The notes beneath the pieces are model-generated. The model worked only from the letters and a program-made list of their open reading frames with translations, had not been told where the DNA came from and did not search any database. This document shows, piece by piece, positions 59,366 through 64,000 of a DNA stretch of 64,000 nt. This stretch comes from Nitrosopumilaceae archaeon. Lineage in GTDB: Archaea; Thermoproteota; Nitrososphaeria; Nitrososphaerales; Nitrosopumilaceae. Location: the NCBI GenBank assembly GCA_965209085.1, contig OZ242376.1, forward strand, positions 1,376,001 through 1,440,000, given 5' to 3'. Position numbers and translations under genes: made by a program. Numbering within the stretch: position 1 is the stretch's first letter; each line of letters starts with the position of its first letter.

Positions 59366-59788
59366 CTATTTGGATTTTTTTTCAGGTTTATCTTTTGTCT
59401 TTTCTTCAGATTTTGCTCCAGTCTTTTCTTCTTTTTTTGTTTCCGGGATTATGCCGTCCAGTCTGCAGTTTATTTGATACATTTCCTCTGTAATTTGATT
59501 TCCACGCACGAGTTTGCGCTTACGCGTGCCAGTTTCAGCCTTGTTCAAACCCACGCCAGGTGACAATAATACGTATTTACGCGCTCCGCCGTGTACGTCC
59601 TGTCTCATTGGAACGCCAGACTTGTCGCTGCCGCCGGTTATCTTTATTTTGCCTCTAAATCCAACTATGGCCGCGTCCGTTTCTTTGCCAATCTCCAACC
59701 CCAACAACGGTGTAGCCTCGGCATCCTTTAGCTCTTTTGTCATGGATTTTCCCTTTGTGTCAGATATAGTGAGCTTAAAGCTTGCCAT
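59366..59788 (-). CDS. rps6e: 30S ribosomal protein eS6
   Basis: KITGGSDKSGVPMR, RKRKLVRGN. Confidence 0.95.
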   Translation of the reverse strand: MASFKLTISDTKGKSMTKELKDAEATPLLGLEIGKETDAAIVGFRGKIKITGGSDKSGVPMRQDVHGGARKYVLLSPGVGLNKAETGTRKRKLVRGNQITEEMYQINCRLDGIIPETKKEEKTGAKSEEKTKDKPEKKSK

Positions 59789-59861
59789 GTAAACAATTTG
59801 CGTTAAGATAAGTCTAATTAACGTTTAGATCATTCATAGTTAAATTCATGTTCTTTCTTGT

Positions 59862-59990
59862 ATGTATGTGTCTGAACCTGTCTCTTGTCCAAAATGTAGC
59901 GAGGAGATGGTAGACGTACAAGTGTGTCATCTTATCTGTCCGCGATGCGGCTCCCATCTAGACTGTTCAGAAAAAGGGATTTTTTGGTAA
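59862..59990 (+). CDS. 42-aa Cys-rich zinc-finger microprotein (not in ORF track)
   Basis: MYVSEPVSCPKCSEEMVDVQVCHLICPRCGSHLDCSEKGIFW*; alternative GTG start at 59868. Confidence 0.75.
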   Translation: MYVSEPVSCPKCSEEMVDVQVCHLICPRCGSHLDCSEKGIFW

Positions 59991-60013
59991 ATTTACCACA
60001 TGCTGACTTTTAA

Positions 60014-60187
60014 TCACATGCCTGTTCTGTCGGGAATATAATCAGCTGCCATGTTTATTGCCTCGTTTTTCATAACTTCCAGATATTCTTCATATCCGTC
60101 TCCGTATCCGCAGTGGGTGCATTCAACGCGCGTCATCTCTTCGTTGACTGTTGCAACTTCTCCGCATTTTGGGCATCTTGCATCCAA
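60014..60187 (-). CDS. 57-aa zinc-ribbon microprotein (not in ORF track)
   Basis: TTG start: MDARCPKCGEVATVNEEMTRVECTHCGYGDGYEEYLEVMKNEAINMAADYIPDRTGM*. Confidence 0.78.
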   Translation of the reverse strand: MDARCPKCGEVATVNEEMTRVECTHCGYGDGYEEYLEVMKNEAINMAADYIPDRTGM

Positions 60188-60241
60188 TACGTACGGATTA
60201 TTTTGAAGCTATATAATGTTAATCGACATATTTTGGTGCAT

Positions 60242-60315
60242 GCGGGGTTAGTCCAGCCTGGTAGGACGTCAGCTTCCCAAGCTGAAGGTCGCGTGTTCAA
60301 ATCCCGCACTCCGCA
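60242..60315 (+). tRNA. tRNA-Gly(CCC)
   Basis: GCGGGGT/ACTCCGC acceptor, TCAGC-TT-CCC-AA-GCTGA anticodon arm, TTCAAAT T-loop. Confidence 0.93.
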
Positions 60316-60316
60316 T

Positions 60317-61300
60317 TTATTTCAGATCATCAAGTGCCTGCCGTATTGAATCACGGTCTGATGCATCAGGTGTGGCGCACAAATATGCTTCAAAATCTTC
60401 GCGTGCTCCGGCATTGTTTTGCCGCTGCATTCTTGCAATAGCGCGGTTTTTGTATATTGGGCCATATCTGGTGGCGTTTATTGATATTGCTTTGGTATAA
60501 AATTCCTCAGCCTTGTCATACGATTGTAATTTCAGATGGTAATTTCCAATACCCCTGTACGCAAGGTATGATCTCGGGTTTATCTCCAGTGCTCTCTCAT
60601 AATGCGGTATGCACTCGCTGGAATTTTTTTCATTGAATATGGAACCTAGCAACGAGTGTGCCGTAGAATTTAACGGGTCAAGCAGTATGGCTTTTTTTAA
60701 CGATTCTAACGCCTCGTCGGAATTTCCAAGAAGATTTTGTTTTTCTGAGAGAAAACACAGTCTGTTTGAAAGGCGTTTATCCTCAGAACCTGGCATTGCA
60801 GAGAGTTTTTCAGGCGGTGCAATTAAAATTGCAATATATCCATCCTCGGACCAGAGGGCATCAAACTGATCTTCAGGTATGACTCCCATTTGAAATTCCC
60901 CATGCTCATCTTGCTGAGGTATATAGTGCAGTATTGTTTTTGATTCGTTATCATAACCGGATATTACAGAGGCATGCTGGATTGTACGCGATATTCCAGG
61001 CAGTATGACTATTGGGGGAATTCCACCGTCTATGATCTTTCGCAGATCGTTCATTCCAGAATGCAATACAATGCACCCCAAACCGTGACGTTCTGCAAGT
61101 TCCATCCCCTCTATGAGTATGCTGCCGTTTACTTTGGGGTATTTTTTTGCAATCTCAACGGCCGATTCCATAGGTAAAGTGACATTCCAGTATTTTGATA
61201 CTGCATTTATCGACAGTGGGAGGCATATGTTATCCTCATTTACCGGCGGCAGTATCAGATCTCGATCAGAGGACATGGTTTGTTTCTGCGGTTTTTCCAA
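60317..61300 (-). CDS. Peptidase C39-like domain + TPR repeat protein
   Basis: NICLPLS (Cys), QHASVISGYD (His), then about 4 TPRs. Confidence 0.8.
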   Translation of the reverse strand: MEKPQKQTMSSDRDLILPPVNEDNICLPLSINAVSKYWNVTLPMESAVEIAKKYPKVNGSILIEGMELAERHGLGCIVLHSGMNDLRKIIDGGIPPIVILPGISRTIQHASVISGYDNESKTILHYIPQQDEHGEFQMGVIPEDQFDALWSEDGYIAILIAPPEKLSAMPGSEDKRLSNRLCFLSEKQNLLGNSDEALESLKKAILLDPLNSTAHSLLGSIFNEKNSSECIPHYERALEINPRSYLAYRGIGNYHLKLQSYDKAEEFYTKAISINATRYGPIYKNRAIARMQRQNNAGAREDFEAYLCATPDASDRDSIRQALDDLK

Positions 61301-61309
61301 TAATACTCT

Positions 61310-61840
61310 TTACGTGTGGGCAAATTTCAAAAGCATTTCACGTCCCTCATCTGTCTCTTCTGGATGAAACTGGGTGCCAAACATGTTTTTTCCGCCAACG
61401 CGTACAAATTCGTTTTTACAGGCATCCGATCCTCCAAGGCATTCAAGTTTGGATCCCAAATTTGCAATCTCATACCTGTGGCTTTCAAATACATGCCGTA
61501 TTCCCGCTTTGCACAGAGGGTTTTCTTCAAATATAACAGTCTCTTTTCCCCTGCGCGGTTCAGACATGCTGCGTAAAGTTCCGCCAAGAGTCAGGGCCAG
61601 CATTTCTGCACCGTAGCATATTCCAAAAAGTGGTTTGTCATGAGAATATGCATGTCTTATCACCGCAGAATTTACAATGTTTGTTTTTTTGTTGTTGGTT
61701 TTTCTACCAGAGAGTATAAACGAATCATGTTTTTGTATATTCCATTTCAAATTATCCGGAGTCAGTCTTGCATCCAAAAGATTGCCAAGACACTGCTCTA
61801 TATGGCCGGTAAAAGCGGATCCGTTGTCAACTAGCAGCAC
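61310..61840 (-). CDS. Type 1 glutamine amidotransferase (GMP synthase subunit A-like)
   Basis: VDNGS, GICYG, QFHPE. Confidence 0.88.
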   Translation of the reverse strand: MLLVDNGSAFTGHIEQCLGNLLDARLTPDNLKWNIQKHDSFILSGRKTNNKKTNIVNSAVIRHAYSHDKPLFGICYGAEMLALTLGGTLRSMSEPRRGKETVIFEENPLCKAGIRHVFESHRYEIANLGSKLECLGGSDACKNEFVRVGGKNMFGTQFHPEETDEGREMLLKFAHT

Positions 61841-61841
61841 A

Positions 61842-64000
61842 TTACTTTCCTACTTCGACGGCTATATAGTGCATTTCCAATACGCTATCACGTGTAAGTA
61901 TGGTTCCAAAGTTGAGTACATCCTCAGTTTCCCACAGGAATATCCTAGAGGCACGCGGTTTTACATAATCGGATATGAATTCGTTTACCAGATCTTCTGT
62001 ATCATCTCTTTGTATATCCGTATAAAAGAACGCCTCTGCTTGTACAAATGTTACAGGTATCTGAAGTGACGCCGGTTCTACAATCTCCAATTCAGATTCT
62101 GTAAACAGTGAACGAACTATACTCACTCTATCATCCCTGCTCAGTGCCATATCTTTAGCATTCAACGATGTGGTTGGAGCCACGCCGGAAAGTTTTTCCA
62201 AATATGCCTCAAATGCTTCCTCTTGCGTATCTCCAAGACCCACGTGGTATTCGCCTGTAAATGCAGCTCCAACTGCGGCAATAGTTCCCAGCTGTGCAAC
62301 CACTCCGCCTGCACCTGCAGTATATACTGGGATAAAGTACGTATCATGTTCCCCTACCCGGTACAATATGTTATCACCTATACGCGGATTGCGCAAAAGT
62401 GTCTTTAGCTGTGCAAAGTCCGGATCCCTGTCAAGTGCCTCACGCACGGCGGTTGGACCGATTAATTTTGTAGTAGAATTTAATGGAATTTCATAAAACT
62501 GCATTTTGCCCAGATTTGGCATGTCGTTTTGAACGATCATAAATCCTGCAAGATTACGTCCCTGCGAGCCGCGCAATTCCAAGGATAACAGTCCAAGAAA
62601 TTCCGTCTGGTTGAATCCGGGGGGTTTTGCCTCTATGTAGTATGTGTCAAGACCTGCAGGAATTTCGTAAAATTCGTTTGCTTGGATGTATTTTTCAATG
62701 TCCGTTACGTGGTAAAAATTGTACATGCTTGTTTTCCAATTGAACAATTCTGCAGGATATCTTGCCTGTGTTGCAAGCCAATCGGGCATTGGTTCAAATT
62801 TATCCCCGTACTGGCTTTCAAACATTTTTGTGAAAAAATCATCTCCCACTTTTAAGAGTCGGATATCGCCATCATACGTGTCAATTAACGCATATCCAAC
62901 CAGGCGTATGTAGAAATTTTCAGACGACCACGGAACGTTGTCAGCTTTGATTCCGAATATGAGCGGCATTAGCCAATAGGTTTTTTCCCCGTCAGTTACT
63001 GGATACGAATCAATGTCCTTGCCAAAGAAATTGTACACAAAGTACGGGTATAGTTGCGACATTCTGTCGTTGATGTCCTTGTATCGCATCAAATGTACCG
63101 GTTCGCTGGGAAACGAGAGCACAAAGTTGGGCTCAAATATCCAGCTTAATGGAGGCGATAAGGTTATGCCCCCAAGTCCTTCGTAAAATACGCCGTTTAA
63201 TTCCGCGCTCTCCACCCTATTCTCAGGATATGTCGACCATGTTTCTTCCAACAGTCCTCCCTCTCCGTAGTAAATCGTGCGCTGATCAAAGAATGTTGCA
63301 CTGTCAATAATCTGACCTTTTGTCGCATCAAGTGTCAAAAATCCGTTTGGGACGTGCGTATACACCAAATGTTCATTGTACCATCTGTTTCCAATGTCAA
63401 CTGACGGCGGGAGAACCGGCTTCATGGATGCAGTCCAGTACAGCGTGTTGTTAAAGCGAAGTATGTCATTGTCCTCAAAATCAACGTATGGAATCAGCCC
63501 AATTTCCGGTTTTAGTTTTGCAAATGCTGCCTCCCAGTCCCATACGCGTATGACGTCAAGTACGTCAGAGTTTTCAGCAACATATCCAGGTATGTTGTTT
63601 GGCTGTACTGAGACCAAATCCACATTGTGTGTGTTTAGCTGTATCTTGTCTAGCTCTGCAAGATGTCTGTTTACTCCAATCTGCTGTGCAGTGTATGGGC
63701 CAAGGTATTCTATTTTTTTTGCATCTGCAATTCCATCGTTTACCGCCATTATTCCTCCCATGGATATTCCAATGGCGGCGATAACTATGATGCGTAATAA
63801 AACATCTTTTGGCATCATGTGTGTCAGCACTTTTGAACGTACGCGATCCATTGCTGCAAATACAATTAATGCTGATCCGGTAACAAGAAAGCCGGCTATC
63901 GTATATCTTGTATTATAATCAATGTCACTTGTAAAAAACAGGTTAAACCCAGACCATATTATTCCGATGCCCACTACTGCTTCCATAACGGACACATATC
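61842..64000 (-). CDS. UPF0182-family membrane protein, 5' end outside the window
   Basis: IRVWD, WYNEHLVYTH, IYYGE, IDTYDG, RYPAELF, YHVTD motifs. Confidence 0.8.
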   Translation of the reverse strand, partial: YVSVMEAVVGIGIIWSGFNLFFTSDIDYNTRYTIAGFLVTGSALIVFAAMDRVRSKVLTHMMPKDVLLRIIVIAAIGISMGGIMAVNDGIADAKKIEYLGPYTAQQIGVNRHLAELDKIQLNTHNVDLVSVQPNNIPGYVAENSDVLDVIRVWDWEAAFAKLKPEIGLIPYVDFEDNDILRFNNTLYWTASMKPVLPPSVDIGNRWYNEHLVYTHVPNGFLTLDATKGQIIDSATFFDQRTIYYGEGGLLEETWSTYPENRVESAELNGVFYEGLGGITLSPPLSWIFEPNFVLSFPSEPVHLMRYKDINDRMSQLYPYFVYNFFGKDIDSYPVTDGEKTYWLMPLIFGIKADNVPWSSENFYIRLVGYALIDTYDGDIRLLKVGDDFFTKMFESQYGDKFEPMPDWLATQARYPAELFNWKTSMYNFYHVTDIEKYIQANEFYEIPAGLDTYYIEAKPPGFNQTEFLGLLSLELRGSQGRNLAGFMIVQNDMPNLGKMQFYEIPLNSTTKLIGPTAVREALDRDPDFAQLKTLLRNPRIGDNILYRVGEHDTYFIPVYTAGAGGVVAQLGTIAAVGAAFTGEYHVGLGDTQEEAFEAYLEKLSGVAPTTSLNAKDMALSRDDRVSIVRSLFTESELEIVEPASLQIPVTFVQAEAFFYTDIQRDDTEDLVNEFISDYVKPRASRIFLWETEDVLNFGTILTRDSVLEMHYIAVEVGK

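Noticed and set aside
60291-60307. U-C mismatch in the tRNA-Gly T-stem suggesting a pseudo-tRNA
   Set aside because: A single mismatch; all other arms and identity elements are intact
1-64000. CRISPR array, cas genes, provirus or casposon
   Set aside because: No regularly spaced direct repeats and no cas, integrase, polymerase or capsid-like ORFs were seen

Overview
This is a 64-kb segment of a thaumarchaeal (Nitrososphaerota, Nitrosopumilaceae-like) chromosome. The assignment rests on an unsplit rpoA, PEFG-CTERM proteins, a transketolase-N/RPE fusion, a stand-alone 5S rRNA and no rpl34e/rpl14e in the secY-cbf5 operon. Most of the window is housekeeping: cdc48, cyoE, cofE, a 2-oxoacid:ferredoxin oxidoreductase, the rpl18-secY-adk-cmk-cbf5 operon, ftsY, sod, alaS, phnDCE, pentose-phosphate genes, rpoH/B/A-nusA-rps12-rps7, larC-larE-iscS, leuS, eIF2-gamma and rps6e. 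There are three tRNAs (one with two introns) and the 5S rRNA. The notable features that the ORF track does not show are: (1) an AT-rich ~1.2-kb element bounded by bipartite inverted repeats between rps6e and eIF2-gamma, carrying a frameshifted HNH nuclease remnant and a frameshifted 3-TM protein with Pycsar-effector-like architecture; (2) a 44-aa, 8-Cys microprotein ending in Gly-Gly upstream of the oxidoreductase operon; (3) three more zinc-finger microproteins; (4) a long structured intergenic element with three CATATTC repeats between cyoE and a cupredoxin gene; and (5) a decayed IS481-like transposase inside a tandem array of four PEFG-CTERM surface-protein genes. All family assignments come from motif recognition by eye; no database searches were run.
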